Assembly: GCA_964019335.1 (NCBI GenBank)
Contig: OZ025721.1
Coordinates: forward strand, 418,528-482,527
Origin: Diplonema japonicum
Taxonomy: Eukaryota > Protista > Euglenozoa: Diplonemea
DNA length: 64,000 nucleotides
Direction of reading: 5' to 3'
Notes under the pieces: model-generated
Told to the model about the DNA's origin: nothing
Seen by the model: the letters and a program-made list of their open reading frames with translations, nothing else
Database searches by the model: none
In this document: piece by piece, positions 1 to 10,937 of the stretch
Position numbering within the stretch: position 1 is the stretch's first letter
Layout of the letters: each line of letters opens with the position of its first letter
Program-made: the position numbers and the translations under genes

Positions 1-252
1 CTTCCCCTGCTCTTTCTCATTCTTCTTTTTTTTTTGTTAGAATTTTTATGTGTGCATCTCCGGAAAAAAAAAAAAAAAAATGGGAACAAAAAAAATGATG
101 GGTTTGCTTAGTTAACACTTTCTCTCCCCCATCGTGTTTTTTTTTTTTTTTTTTTTTTTTTTGTGAGGTCTTTTTTTTTTTTTCTTTACTTTTTTTTTTT
201 AAAGATTATTCGTACCAACAAAAAGGGGGGAAGGAAAAAAAAAAAAAAAAAA

Positions 253-1764
253 ATGGCATCAGAAGCAGAAAAAGGAACCCCCGTCCTTTCATCGACAAAA
301 CCCGGAGTCACCATGGAGGGGAAGGAGGACGAGCTGACTCAGAGGGCGCACGAGGTCTTCCAGAAGGTTGGAAAGGTCGCCAGGAAAAACAACAACAAAA
401 TGACGAAAGACGACATTCTCAAGACCCTAGAGAAGGATCACATCCTGGGCAACGCGCTCCTCAAGAACCTCAACGAGGACGAAAACGGAACTATAGGTGT
501 GTTGGAATGGCTCAGCTGGGTAGAAGAAATACAAAGCTCCGGTGGCGATCCCCTCTTCAAACTTCAATGGCTTGAATCCAGAGTAAGGCCTTTCATCCCA
601 TCAACCCCAGAAGGCGCGCTCATCACCAAGGAATCCACCCAATCTGTTAAGAAAGACCCCGTTCCAGCGAAAACGGAAAACAGCATCCCGCCATCACCCG
701 GTCAGACTTCTATCAAAAACGCCCCACCAACAAGCAGTGCCCCGCCTCCAGTGAACAAAGTAAGCAACAGTAGTGATGAGGAAACTGAAACAGATGATGA
801 CGAGAGTGAGTCCCCATCAGCAAGCCCAGAGGTTGTAAAGAAAACCAGTGTTCCACCATCACCGGTTCCATCTGTTGTTAAGGTTGTGAAGAAGAACAGC
901 GCGCCCCCCACGCCCGTCAAGAAGTCGTTGCAACAACCTGTGAAACGAGACAGTACACAGAGTAGCTCCTCAAAACCACTGCCCGCAAAACGAGTAAGCA
1001 GCGCGACTTTAATGCTCAAAACCCCTCCGGAATCGCCAAAAGACAAACAAGAAGAATCAACACCGAAAGGAGTCCTCTTAGAAGAGCTTGAAAAACTGAG
1101 AAATGAAACGGAACGCTTAAAAAAACAAGCTTCGGTTGTACCGTCGTCTGCTCCCGTTGACGTGTCAACTACTTGCGGAAGCGTGGGTGGTCTTGTTGCT
1201 CACAGCCCTGACGAAGAATTTTCCGTTATAGAGGAACTTCTTAGAGGGGTACCTGTTAAACTTGCGGAGGTTGCCTGGCGGGCGTCAACCCAATCCAACA
1301 CTGGCCGGATCAAACGGCTGGTTGTGGTTACCGATCGTGCGTTGTACTCATGGACCCCTCGGGGTAAGATGCAAAGGTGCATTTCGATACGAGATGTTTC
1401 TGAGATCTTCACATACCGGTCGTGGGTGGGCATTAAGGTTCCTTCAGAGTTTGATCTGCAGCTGGAGTTTGATCCAGAAGCTTCGTTCGAGTCTGTTTTT
1501 AAAAGTCTTTCCAACGTCAGGGTTACACCAGTGGGGGGGCTGTCTGAGTTATCTGCGAAGTTAAGTACTGTACGGCCGCCTGGGTGGGTGCTGAATCCGT
1601 CTGAGATCGTGCCGTTGAACCCTAAGGGGTACCCATCCGACCCCCGGTCGCCTGCGTCTCCCCCCAAACTTGTCGATGTCGGCAGGCTTCTGTGGATGCC
1701 ATCGAGCAACACCCCTATGCCGTTGATTCCCGGTCTTGAACGGCTTGAGATGCCTTCTGAATAG
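253..1764 (+). CDS. Hypothetical protein: EF-hand-like N-terminus, Pro/Ser-rich linker, C-terminal PH-like (myosin TH1-like) domain
   Basis: ATG follows an A-tract (MASEAEK). NEDENGTIGVLEW is EF-hand-like; KRLVVVTDRALY..RCISIRDVSEI is PH-like. Confidence 0.7.
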   Translation: MASEAEKGTPVLSSTKPGVTMEGKEDELTQRAHEVFQKVGKVARKNNNKMTKDDILKTLEKDHILGNALLKNLNEDENGTIGVLEWLSWVEEIQSSGGDPLFKLQWLESRVRPFIPSTPEGALITKESTQSVKKDPVPAKTENSIPPSPGQTSIKNAPPTSSAPPPVNKVSNSSDEETETDDDESESPSASPEVVKKTSVPPSPVPSVVKVVKKNSAPPTPVKKSLQQPVKRDSTQSSSSKPLPAKRVSSATLMLKTPPESPKDKQEESTPKGVLLEELEKLRNETERLKKQASVVPSSAPVDVSTTCGSVGGLVAHSPDEEFSVIEELLRGVPVKLAEVAWRASTQSNTGRIKRLVVVTDRALYSWTPRGKMQRCISIRDVSEIFTYRSWVGIKVPSEFDLQLEFDPEASFESVFKSLSNVRVTPVGGLSELSAKLSTVRPPGWVLNPSEIVPLNPKGYPSDPRSPASPPKLVDVGRLLWMPSSNTPMPLIPGLERLEMPSE

Positions 1765-2041
1765 GGAAATGTCTATTTTTTTTTTTAAAGACGCTTGTTC
1801 CCAAGATTCGATCACTGGCTGCGCCCTCGAATGAGGACATTTTTTTTTTTTTTTTTTTTTTTTTTTTCCCCAAATTTCACGCCTTCATATTCTCAATAAA
1901 TCGCGGAGGACACAGAAGGATTCCTCGCCGTCCTCAAGGGGGTAAAGATATTGAAAAAAATGTTTGGGAAAAAAAACCGTGATATAAAAAAAAAAAAAAA
2001 AAAAACCGAAACGACGGCATATTTTTTTTCTTCTTTTTTTT

Positions 2042-2078
2042 AGGCGTCCTGCCACATACCGCAGGTACCCTTAAATGT

Positions 2079-2081
<3 letters not shown>
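2042..2081 (+). repeat. Dispersed ~40-bp intergenic motif, copy 1 (others at 10828-10867 and 41317-41355)
   Basis: AGGCGTCCTGCCACATACCGCAGGTACCCTTAAATGTCTC vs AGGCGATCTGTCACATACTGCAGGTTCCCTTAAAGGTCAT vs AGGAGTCCTGCCACATGCAGGCCCCCAGGTAAATGTCTC. Confidence 0.6.
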
Positions 2082-2109
<28 letters not shown>

Positions 2110-2235
2110 ATTCTCCTGTTGTATTTCTTCCTTGTTTTTTTTTTTTCTGTTGTACTTTTTTTTTTTTTTTTATCTCCTTTTTCTTTTTATTAAAAAAAAA
2201 AAAAAAAAACAAAAAAAAAAAAAAAAACCATCAGA

Positions 2236-3621
2236 ATGCACGAACTAAAACAAAGGAACAAAACTAAAGAAAACATGCACTCCGTGGTCAGCAGCGTGAG
2301 CTTGGGCGACCACCCGACGGTTCTGAACAACAAGCTGATCCTTATCGCGACGATAGGACTCTTCAAAACATGTGTTGGCACAGCGGTCCTGTCCATGCCC
2401 AAGGCCATCTCCAACTCAGGCTTGGTAATATTCCCCATCCTCCTCTTCGGGTTTTCTGTCGGTGCGCATTACGGCTGCTGGCTGGTGGCAAAAACACTGG
2501 ACATTATTGGAAGAGACGACATGGATCCTGCAAAGGTGGGAGAATTTTCTGGCGGAAAATACGGGAAATGGTTTGCGCTTACCATGTGCGTACTGGACCC
2601 TTGGGGTTCCACAATTGCGTTCTTCAGCACTCTGGCCGACATCATCCGCCCGTTACTGGAAGAACACCACCTCTTTGGGGAAGGAACGATATGGACCTCG
2701 CACGGAACGGTTATACTGGCTCTGGCAGTTGCCGTCTTCCCGTTGATGCTGTCTACAAAGATTTCCGAGATCAGCTGGGTGAACACACTGGGAGTGATAT
2801 CACTTCTCGCGTTCACAATTGGGGTCTTGGTGAATACAATTCAGCACAATATAGGTCTATCAGGCGCTCCGCTTGGTTCCGCAGACACAAATGCGGTGGT
2901 GGCGTTGACAGTGATTGCATTTGCGTACGATGGTGGACAGTTAAACGTGTTTCCTTATTACAGGGATTTGCCGTCGCCGGCGAGTGGGTTCAAGGGTGAC
3001 AAGTTGGCTTTGATCTCCGGGCTTGCAAATTATGCAGGAGCGTGTTGTTATTTCTTGGTCGCGATCTTGGCGTACTCGACATATAGAGACGATACAAAGG
3101 ACGATGTGTTGAATAATTTTGGAAACTCGTCTTTTATTTACGTGACGATCAAGATAACGTTTGCGATTTCGCTGCTTCTCACCATTCCGTTGACGCTGTT
3201 CGAGTGCACAGCAGTTTTAAGAGAACACGTTTTCAGCGAAAACAAGTGGACGAATATCGCTTTAAACCTTGCTCTTATAGGAACTGCTGCTATTATCGCT
3301 TCATTTGTCCCTAGCATGTACAGTGCTTTCGCTTATGTTGGGGCAACTACCGCGACGGCATGGACAATGATTTTACCTCCTTTGTGGTTTATTTTCACGG
3401 TTAAGGAGGCGTATCGGGAGGGAGGCATCAATGATGGGAACGAGGAAGAGGACGAGCTCACGGAAGGTGGTGAGAGCAACATCCAGGAGGAAACCCCGCT
3501 TTTTGTGAAGAATCCTTCGCTGCCCCCCAAGCCGTCCAAAATCCAATTGGGCTGCGCGTGGGTCTTCATGATCACAGGGTGCTGTGCAGTGCCGTTCTTT
3601 ATTTACTCCACCGCGATATGA
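2236..3621 (+). CDS. Amino acid transporter, AAAP/SLC38 family
   Basis: About 11 hydrophobic segments; KTCVGTAVLSMPKAI..SGL motif; AFAY motif. Start may be 2275. Confidence 0.9.
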   Translation: MHELKQRNKTKENMHSVVSSVSLGDHPTVLNNKLILIATIGLFKTCVGTAVLSMPKAISNSGLVIFPILLFGFSVGAHYGCWLVAKTLDIIGRDDMDPAKVGEFSGGKYGKWFALTMCVLDPWGSTIAFFSTLADIIRPLLEEHHLFGEGTIWTSHGTVILALAVAVFPLMLSTKISEISWVNTLGVISLLAFTIGVLVNTIQHNIGLSGAPLGSADTNAVVALTVIAFAYDGGQLNVFPYYRDLPSPASGFKGDKLALISGLANYAGACCYFLVAILAYSTYRDDTKDDVLNNFGNSSFIYVTIKITFAISLLLTIPLTLFECTAVLREHVFSENKWTNIALNLALIGTAAIIASFVPSMYSAFAYVGATTATAWTMILPPLWFIFTVKEAYREGGINDGNEEEDELTEGGESNIQEETPLFVKNPSLPPKPSKIQLGCAWVFMITGCCAVPFFIYSTAI

Positions 3622-5709
3622 GGATATGAGGAGTTTAAAAAAAAAAAAAAAAAAAAGATTTTTATGTGGGCAGCTCAAATTTTTTTTTTTCAAGGTTTTA
3701 AAATTGGTGGTTTTGAGAAGAGGAATAAGAAAGAAAGAAAAAAAGAAAAAAAAATTTGGAGATGGTGATGGTGAAAGTGGGGAGAAACCCGGCATTGGAA
3801 AAAAGGTGAAGAACGTTCTGATTTAATTATATAAAAAAAATTATAAAAAAAAAAAGAAAACGAAGCGATGACGTGTGTAAGATATAAAAGAGTGGGGACC
3901 CGCGGTGATTTGTGAGCATGTGTTAAAGAAAGAAGAGAGAAAAAAAAAGGAGGGGGGAGGAGAGGAGAAGAGAGGAGGTTTGTTGTGGTGTGTGTTATGT
4001 TTTTTTTTTCTTTTTTTCCCCCCCTGCTTGCCCCCTTTTCTCCTTTTCTCCGTTCCCTCCCCCCCTTTTTTTTAATCTTTTTTTTTAAAAAATAATAATA
4101 ATAATATTTAACCATTGTTTCTGTAGCCTGTCTTACCTTTTTTTTTGCCCCCCTCCCCCTGTTCCCTCCCCTTAATTCTTCTTCTTCTTCTTCTTCTTCT
4201 TCTTCTTCTCCCCTAATTTTAGAAATGGTGTATGCACCCTTATTGTGGCATGTATTCATTTTACGCACCTTATACCCCCTCCCCTCCTCATTCTTTCTTA
4301 GCACCAAACTCCTTTTCAAAAAAAAAAAGGAGGAAAGGGTAGCAAAAAAAAAATTTTTTTTGAAAGGTGCATTTTATTTTATTTTATTTTTAATTGAACC
4401 AAGAAGAAGAAGAAGAAAAAAAAAAAAAAAAAGGAGGAAGCGCAAACCCGATTTTAAAAAAAAAAAAAGTCATTAGAATATAAAAAACGTAACAAAAGGA
4501 AAAAAAAGGGGGGGGCACAACAAGAGTTACTACATCAGTACTTAAAACTTGTTTCTTTTTTTCTTTCTTATTTTTATCTCAATTTTTTTTTCGATACCTG
4601 CAAAAAAGCTCACTTGTTTTATTTGAATAAGCCAGTCACCCGGCTAGGCGATCCGAAAAGAAAAAAGAAAATTGAAGAAGAGGAGGAAAAAGAAGAGTGT
4701 TTTCTTCAACAAGAAAGAAGAAAAAAAAATACCCCCCCTTCCCGCCCCCTTTTTTTATTGAATAATTTTTATTCCGAAAAAGTAAAAAAGAACAAATAAA
4801 TAAACAAGGTTTTTGCAGCTTTTTTTTTTTTTCCCTCTTTTCCATTCATCTTCTTCTTTCCGTAGTCCGTGAGTACAGCGGTGTCGGGGGGCGGAGGAGG
4901 GGGCGAAAGTATGGGCTTCTTGTTACGATGATGCCCTACCATATTGTCTTTCTCTGTTTCTCCCTCCCCCCCCCCCCCCCTCCCTTCCCTTCCCCCTTTT
5001 TTTATTTCATTTGCCCTTCCGTTCTGTTCCTTTTCTCCCCTCTTTCCCCCCTCTTTTCCTCTCGAGTGTGCCTTTAAGGAGTATAGAAGGGAGGAACATT
5101 CCCCACTATAGCTTTACATGTATTTTGTAAGATAAAAAGTTATTCAGGGGGAAAAATTGGAGGGGGGGGTAAAAAGAAGAAACAAAGAAATCGGACCATC
5201 GGGAGCCAGAAATGAAGAAGAAACCCCCCCCCCCCCCCCTGTTCTATCTCTACATCATTTTCTTTTTTTTTTTATGAAAAAAAAAGTTTCTCATGTTTAA
5301 CCTTCCTGAGTGCACTGTTGTTCGTTTCTTGTTGAAACGCTGTTTCTTTTTTTTTTTTTTTTTTTTTTTCCCCTGCAGTATGCTCATCCGGCGTACTGGC
5401 AACAGGGGGGCGTATGGAGCATTGGTGAGCAAGATACCCCGGTGTAGCAAAACCTTGGGTTGAATTGGGCAGCAGGTCGGACCTTCCCAAGCTGGGGATG
5501 GCAATACTTAGAATGCAAGAAGGCGACCACTACGATCCATTAGCGACCACGTCGTTGGCTTTGATAGGAGCGCCCTGTGGGCTGACGGCAACCAAGAAGA
5601 ATTTCCGGAAAGAAAGGATTGGAAGATATAAACGTCAGCTATGCACTACGGTCGGTAGCAGGGAACGACCCCAAAAGGAGGTAGCCACTTCGTTTCCTAG
5701 CAATCATGG

Positions 5710-5755
<46 letters not shown>

Positions 5756-5885
5756 CTCGAGCCGGGTTTTCAAGGGTGAAAGTGAAAAAAAGATTTTACA
5801 TTATGTCACTCCCAGCTTTATTTTCACTCCTGGGCCTAATTTCACCTATTTCACCTATTTTTACAATGGGAAGGAAGCCGAGGCA

Positions 5886-6490
5886 ATGGGCAAAAAGGCG
5901 AAGGATACAAAGGCAGAGGCGTCGAAGTTTATGAACGCCAGCTTGCCATGAAAAGCACTAGCACTTACGAAGCAGAGTGGCACCGCTTTTACTCTTTTCA
6001 CAACTTCAGAACAACAAGATCGAAAAGCCCGACGGAAGACGAGTTGGTACTGTAAAGCTCGTCAAAGCTGGGTATAGGGGCGAAAGACCCATCGAACCAT
6101 CTAGTAGCTGGTTCACTCCGAAGTTTCCCTCAGGATAGCTGGAACCAAAAAAGGAGTTACGCCAGGTAAAGCGAATGATTGGAGGCATTGGGGATAATAT
6201 TCGATAATATTAATATTTCCAAGACATGAAGGACATTTTGGGCTAGTTACAGCAAGATCAACGCCATCATCCAACGAAACTTCGGTAAAAAAAAATGCAG
6301 AGCTTTCCCAGGGTTGAACTTCTTTTGAAGCGCTTTGAAGAAGGCCATGAGGTGAAAAAAGCTTCGGTTTAGTCAAGAACAAATGAAAGAGTATCTGGCA
6401 ATGAAATTCAGCGACCCCTACAACATAGTGTGTCAGGCATATGCAGCTTGCATGTTTGCTAGCGGGATGAGGATAAAAAGAGTCGCACAA
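5886..6490 (+). pseudogene. Tyrosine recombinase remnant (N-terminal half, up to first catalytic Arg)
   Basis: Across stops and frameshifts it reads LPxKSTSTYEAEWHRF..PTEDELVL / TFWASYSKINAII..FPRVELLLKRFEEGHEVKKASVFSQEQMKEYL..ACMFASGMR, matching the recalled pattern of Crypton-type YRs. Confidence 0.7.
6057..6193 (+). rRNA. Isolated LSU (28S) rRNA fragment (pseudogenic insertion)
   Basis: Conserved core GGGTATAGGGGCGAAAGAC..ATCGAACCATCTAGTAGCTGGTTC..CCGAAGTTTCCCTCAGGATAGCTGG..GGTAAAGCGAATGATT; no flanking rRNA sequence. Confidence 0.9.
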
Positions 6491-6842
6491 ACTGAAATTA
6501 TTTAGCGACGACACTCTGTAACCCAAATCCCACTTTTCACCTGTTGCAACCCTGCAACCTCCCACCCTTTCAAACCCGGCTCTTGTTAAATAAAACAACG
6601 TATTAGTGAAAATAAGAGCATTATTCCACTTGTGGTGGCAGGTTTAACTCGTAGCTTTTTACTTCACTCGCTGCGCTCGTGAACTAAGATCCCTACTCGT
6701 TAAACCCCCTGCCACCACGCGTGAAATAATGCTACCTTATTTTCACTTAATAAATAGCTATTTTTTTTTTTTTTTTTCCTCTTGTTCCTTTTCCCAAAAA
6801 AAAAAAAAAGTCTTCAAAAAAAAAAAAAAAAAAAAAAAAAAA

Positions 6843-9800
6843 ATGCCCGAAGACGTACCGCAACCCCCAAGCGACGATTCTCTTGTGAAAGGGGATTTTG
6901 AAAAGAGAAAGGGTGAGTCACACCGACCCATACACGCCCTCGGCTACCGGAAACCACGGCCGGGGACTTACAAATGCATCGAGCACACCAGCGACGACTC
7001 CATCGTCTACCTAGTGGGGAAACAGGTCGCAATATACTCCTACGAAACCCATGTACACCGCTTCATGCCGTGCTCACCAAAAACAGTGGAATTAGTAGCC
7101 TTCGCCGTCTCGTACAACAAAAGGTACCTCGCGCTGTCAGAAAGGGTCATCGACGAGAAGACAAAGGAGCTCGGCATACAAATAAACGTATTCAATTTTG
7201 GAACGGTATCGAGGATCCGCACGCTGTCCCTGTCGTACCTGTCAAAACAACCTGTTGAGGCGCTGGATTTCTCAAGGGACAATAAATACCTAGCAACGGT
7301 AACCGCTCAGCCCGGATCTTTCATATACTTATGGCAGCTTGACAAAGCAAGACTGCTCGGAATGTGCGAGGCCCATGTAAAAATCAGCCAAGTCAGTATA
7401 TCACCATGGGCTCATTGGACAATCTGCACCACAGGCCCGTCTTCCTTACGACTCTGGCGGTACCAAGACAAACAGCTTAGAAGTATGGAACCGATCCCGA
7501 AGAAGAATGAATGGAACTTCACGTGTCATGTGTGGTTCGACGATGACCGACTTGCCGTGGGAACTATACAGGGAGATGTGTTGATAATCGACAATTGCGA
7601 GTTAAAACGGGTCATCCCGAGCGTACTCGCTCAGGCTGATTCAGCCGTCCCACTCAATGCAATGTACAGTATAGGACGTGGTCTAGTCTGTGGTGGTGAT
7701 GGTGGGCATTTTGCTCTGTACGAACGGACGTACGACGTCGAGTATTTTCAAAGCTACAAGAGGTTTGTAACACCGCATGCTCAGACCATTGTCGATATCA
7801 GTGTGGCGCCGAATGAAGAAACGCTGATATGCTGTCATTCTGACAACGAGCTGTCGAATTTCAGCCTTTCCAACATCGATATCGTCGATCACGAGAAGCA
7901 AGATGATATTGCGCAGGCTTTTAAAATCCTCCCGGCGGGGTTCCACCACGGGACCGTGACTGCCATCGACGTATGCGTTCAGAAATCTATTATCGTAACC
8001 GCATCTGTCGACCGGCACGTCCGGATCTGGAATTTCGCGAAGAAACGTCTCGAGGTTCGAAAACAGTACCCAGAAGAAGCGCTTTGCATATCATGCCATC
8101 CAACTGGCACAAGGCTTCTTATTGGTTTTAAGTACAAAATGTGTATGTACTCGATTCTCTTTGACAATCTCCACATGTGTCAAGAGTTCCCCATCAAACA
8201 GTGCAGGGAGGTGCGTTTTTCACACGGCGGGCAGTACTTCGCGGCGGTGGTCGTCAACCGGATCTTCATTTTCAGCGCGTACACCTTCGATCCCATAGGA
8301 CACCTCACAGGCCACTCCGGAATGGTGAAATCCTTTTGTTGGAGCAAAAACGACCAGTCCATCATATCAGCAGGGTTCGAAGGTGCCATCTACGAATGGA
8401 GAATTGAACAATGCAAGCGAAACGAGTTCTGCGAGTACGCTAGCAAAGCCATATCCTTCTCCGCAGTAGCATATGACGATCAAGCACAGTTAGTCGTCGC
8501 TGTCGGGTCGCACAAAATCGCGGAGGGTGGTATCCCTGAAGGGGAAACCTCCCTGCGTGTTTTAAAACTCGGGGAAGCGCAGGACCAAGCACCTCCTAAA
8601 GCCACCGCCAACCTCGGTCGTGTCACGGCGAAACATACACACAACAGAGCACAGACAGGCGAGGTTGCGATATCCCCTTCCGCGCAATGTTTATTCGTGG
8701 GTACATCTTCCGGTGAACTTCAGGTTTTTTCCTGGCCGATGAAGCCAGGTGTAGGGTCTCCCCAGTACACGATCGACCTCCACACTGGTGAGGTTTTGTT
8801 CGTGCAGCTCAGTGTCGACGAACGTTTTCTCTTCACAGTCGGCGACGATGGGTGTCTTTTCATGTTCGATGTGGACCTTCTCCTCGAGGGCAAGGTGCCT
8901 CCCAGACGGACGTTCAACTATTCCATTTTCGACGACATAGCGTTGGTCATGCTTCAGGACATCGACGAGAAGTCCCGCGAGGTGTCCGTCTTGCAGGCGA
9001 CGCTCCTTGACGAGCAGCGTTCGAGAAAGCAAGAAATCGAAACCGAAATGCACAAACACACGGAACTCATCAAAAAGATCCGGAAGGAGTCAGAACGGGC
9101 AGTCGCAGATATCAGGAGACAAAAGGACGAAGCGCTTGAAATCCTGGACGAGACCCAGATAAAAATGGCCGGCGAAGCCCACGCCGTAGAACAACAGAGG
9201 ATGCGGGATATACAAGAAGTCGAAACTTTGCATGCAAGACAGGACAAGGAACAAACCGCAAAATACGACATGCTTCTGGAAGAGAAGAACGACGCCATTG
9301 TGCGCTACGAGAATAAGCTCCACAAACTGCATCGCGAGCAGGAGCTCGAGCGGGCAAAACACACGCAAGAGGTTCAAGCGTTGCAAGGGAAGCTTGAAAA
9401 GGACCGCGAGACCTTCTTACGTCTCACCGCCGAAAAGGTGAAAGAGGCCGCCGCGATCCTCCAAGACACTGAACAAGAACACGAAGAAGAGATTTCCATC
9501 AAGGAGAAAGACATCGCTCTCACCATCGAAGCCCGGGAGAAGGAAAAATCCAAATGGCAAGCCGACGTCGACGGCCTGCGAAAGCGGCAGAATAAACACG
9601 ACAGCCACATCAAAGAACTCGAAAGAGAAGCACAAGAGCGCAAGGAAAAACTAAGGAAGAAAGACACTAAAATCGCGGAGCTCGAAAAAGCGATCCAAGC
9701 ATTGCGTTTGGAGATCAACGTGCGCAACGACACGATTTCAGCATCGGAGAAAAAAATCCTGGAGCTCAAAAAACAAACCGCGGAGTTGGAAAAACTACGA

Positions 9801-10745
9801 TACGTGCTAACGTTCAAGTTCAACGAGCTCCGAAAAGAAGTAATACCGAAGGAAGACAGCATCAGGGCTATGAACGAAAGAATCGAACAAATGGACAACG
9901 AGCTGGAACGAATAGGCACCGACAGGGACACGATCCAACAACTGCTACACGCTAAGGATGAAAAAAGCCTCGTTTTGATGAAAGACATCGGCAAGCAGCA
10001 GAGAGTAATGGACGATCAACGCAGGCTGGTCCAACTTGTGTTAAAGGACATTGCGATCCTGCTAGGCGAGAGCGACCAGAAGAAGGTTCTACTCCGTCTT
10101 CGAGAGATCCTTGACAAATATGATGATAAGACGAGCCAGACCGAGCCGTTGGGCGGGCAGAAAATGATAGAATTCGATCGCCAACGATTTTACATGGAAG
10201 CTCAGCTCACTGCAAGCAAAAAGCAAAACATGCGACGGGAAAGCTACATGAAACAAGAAGGCTACAAAAAAACAGGCGAAAACTCCCTCCTCGTGCGGGA
10301 AATCAATGATCTCCGCCACGAGAAAAAATCATTAGTTCAACGCGTGCAAGTAGCTGACACACAACTCAAAGAAACCAGAGCACAGCTTACCCAGAGAGTC
10401 TCTCTGACGCCCATTCAAGGTGCTCCAGCCAAGATCAAACTTCAGGAGAGTAAAAAGGAGAGTACCTCGAGCCCAGCTACCCCTACGTTCCTTGAGGAGA
10501 ACAGCACACACAGACGCCTTCAAAGCCCCCCCTGTGGGAAAGTCCACAAGGGGTCCACCCGCCCCCTCCGAGATCTCGCCATCATGGACCCTGCAAAGGT
10601 CGCCCAGATCATTAAACAGGTGGAGCAGAACAACAAGGAGATGCTCCAGCAACAGAACGAGATACAACGCTTGAGGGACTTCGTGCAGCATCTCTTGAAG
10701 AAGCTTCAGGCGAACTCCGAAGACGGCCATGGCGAGGAACCGTGA
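6843..10745 (+). CDS. CFAP57: Cilia- and flagella-associated protein 57 (WDR65): WD40 repeats plus long coiled coil
   Basis: WD repeats (TASVDRHVRIWN, FSHGGQYFAA, GHSGMVKSFCWS); C-terminal KKILELKKQTAELEKLRYVL and ENSLLVREINDLR. Confidence 0.88.
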   Translation: MPEDVPQPPSDDSLVKGDFEKRKGESHRPIHALGYRKPRPGTYKCIEHTSDDSIVYLVGKQVAIYSYETHVHRFMPCSPKTVELVAFAVSYNKRYLALSERVIDEKTKELGIQINVFNFGTVSRIRTLSLSYLSKQPVEALDFSRDNKYLATVTAQPGSFIYLWQLDKARLLGMCEAHVKISQVSISPWAHWTICTTGPSSLRLWRYQDKQLRSMEPIPKKNEWNFTCHVWFDDDRLAVGTIQGDVLIIDNCELKRVIPSVLAQADSAVPLNAMYSIGRGLVCGGDGGHFALYERTYDVEYFQSYKRFVTPHAQTIVDISVAPNEETLICCHSDNELSNFSLSNIDIVDHEKQDDIAQAFKILPAGFHHGTVTAIDVCVQKSIIVTASVDRHVRIWNFAKKRLEVRKQYPEEALCISCHPTGTRLLIGFKYKMCMYSILFDNLHMCQEFPIKQCREVRFSHGGQYFAAVVVNRIFIFSAYTFDPIGHLTGHSGMVKSFCWSKNDQSIISAGFEGAIYEWRIEQCKRNEFCEYASKAISFSAVAYDDQAQLVVAVGSHKIAEGGIPEGETSLRVLKLGEAQDQAPPKATANLGRVTAKHTHNRAQTGEVAISPSAQCLFVGTSSGELQVFSWPMKPGVGSPQYTIDLHTGEVLFVQLSVDERFLFTVGDDGCLFMFDVDLLLEGKVPPRRTFNYSIFDDIALVMLQDIDEKSREVSVLQATLLDEQRSRKQEIETEMHKHTELIKKIRKESERAVADIRRQKDEALEILDETQIKMAGEAHAVEQQRMRDIQEVETLHARQDKEQTAKYDMLLEEKNDAIVRYENKLHKLHREQELERAKHTQEVQALQGKLEKDRETFLRLTAEKVKEAAAILQDTEQEHEEEISIKEKDIALTIEAREKEKSKWQADVDGLRKRQNKHDSHIKELEREAQERKEKLRKKDTKIAELEKAIQALRLEINVRNDTISASEKKILELKKQTAELEKLRYVLTFKFNELRKEVIPKEDSIRAMNERIEQMDNELERIGTDRDTIQQLLHAKDEKSLVLMKDIGKQQRVMDDQRRLVQLVLKDIAILLGESDQKKVLLRLREILDKYDDKTSQTEPLGGQKMIEFDRQRFYMEAQLTASKKQNMRRESYMKQEGYKKTGENSLLVREINDLRHEKKSLVQRVQVADTQLKETRAQLTQRVSLTPIQGAPAKIKLQESKKESTSSPATPTFLEENSTHRRLQSPPCGKVHKGSTRPLRDLAIMDPAKVAQIIKQVEQNNKEMLQQQNEIQRLRDFVQHLLKKLQANSEDGHGEEP

Positions 10746-10756
10746 GAAACAAAAAG

Positions 10757-10787
<31 letters not shown>

Positions 10788-10937
10788 TTCCAGTTTTTAC
10801 TCTATTTTTTTTATTTTTTTTTTATTAAGGCGATCTGTCACATACTGCAGGTTCCCTTAAAGGTCATCTTTATTTTTTTTTTTTTCGACACAACAAAAAA
10901 AAGGCAATCGTGACCCCCCCCCCTCCCCCCCCCCTCC

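Larger units (their letters stand above)
5750..6760 (+). mobile_element. Decayed, internally deleted Crypton-like (tyrosine recombinase) DNA element
   Basis: Asymmetric inverted repeat 5753-5778 / 6563-6588 (22/26), ~150-bp terminal hairpin 6601-6752, end AATAAATAGCTA, T-runs on both sides, and a YR remnant inside. Confidence 0.75.

Noticed and set aside
5371-5712. Balanced-composition segment with LALIGAPCGL, faintly like a YR box I
   Set aside because: Too degenerate to assign by eye; possibly another TE relic, and would need tblastx.
6057-6193. Functional rRNA gene or a natural piece of a fragmented LSU
   Set aside because: It begins and ends within conserved regions, has no neighbouring rDNA, and sits inside a recombinase pseudogene.
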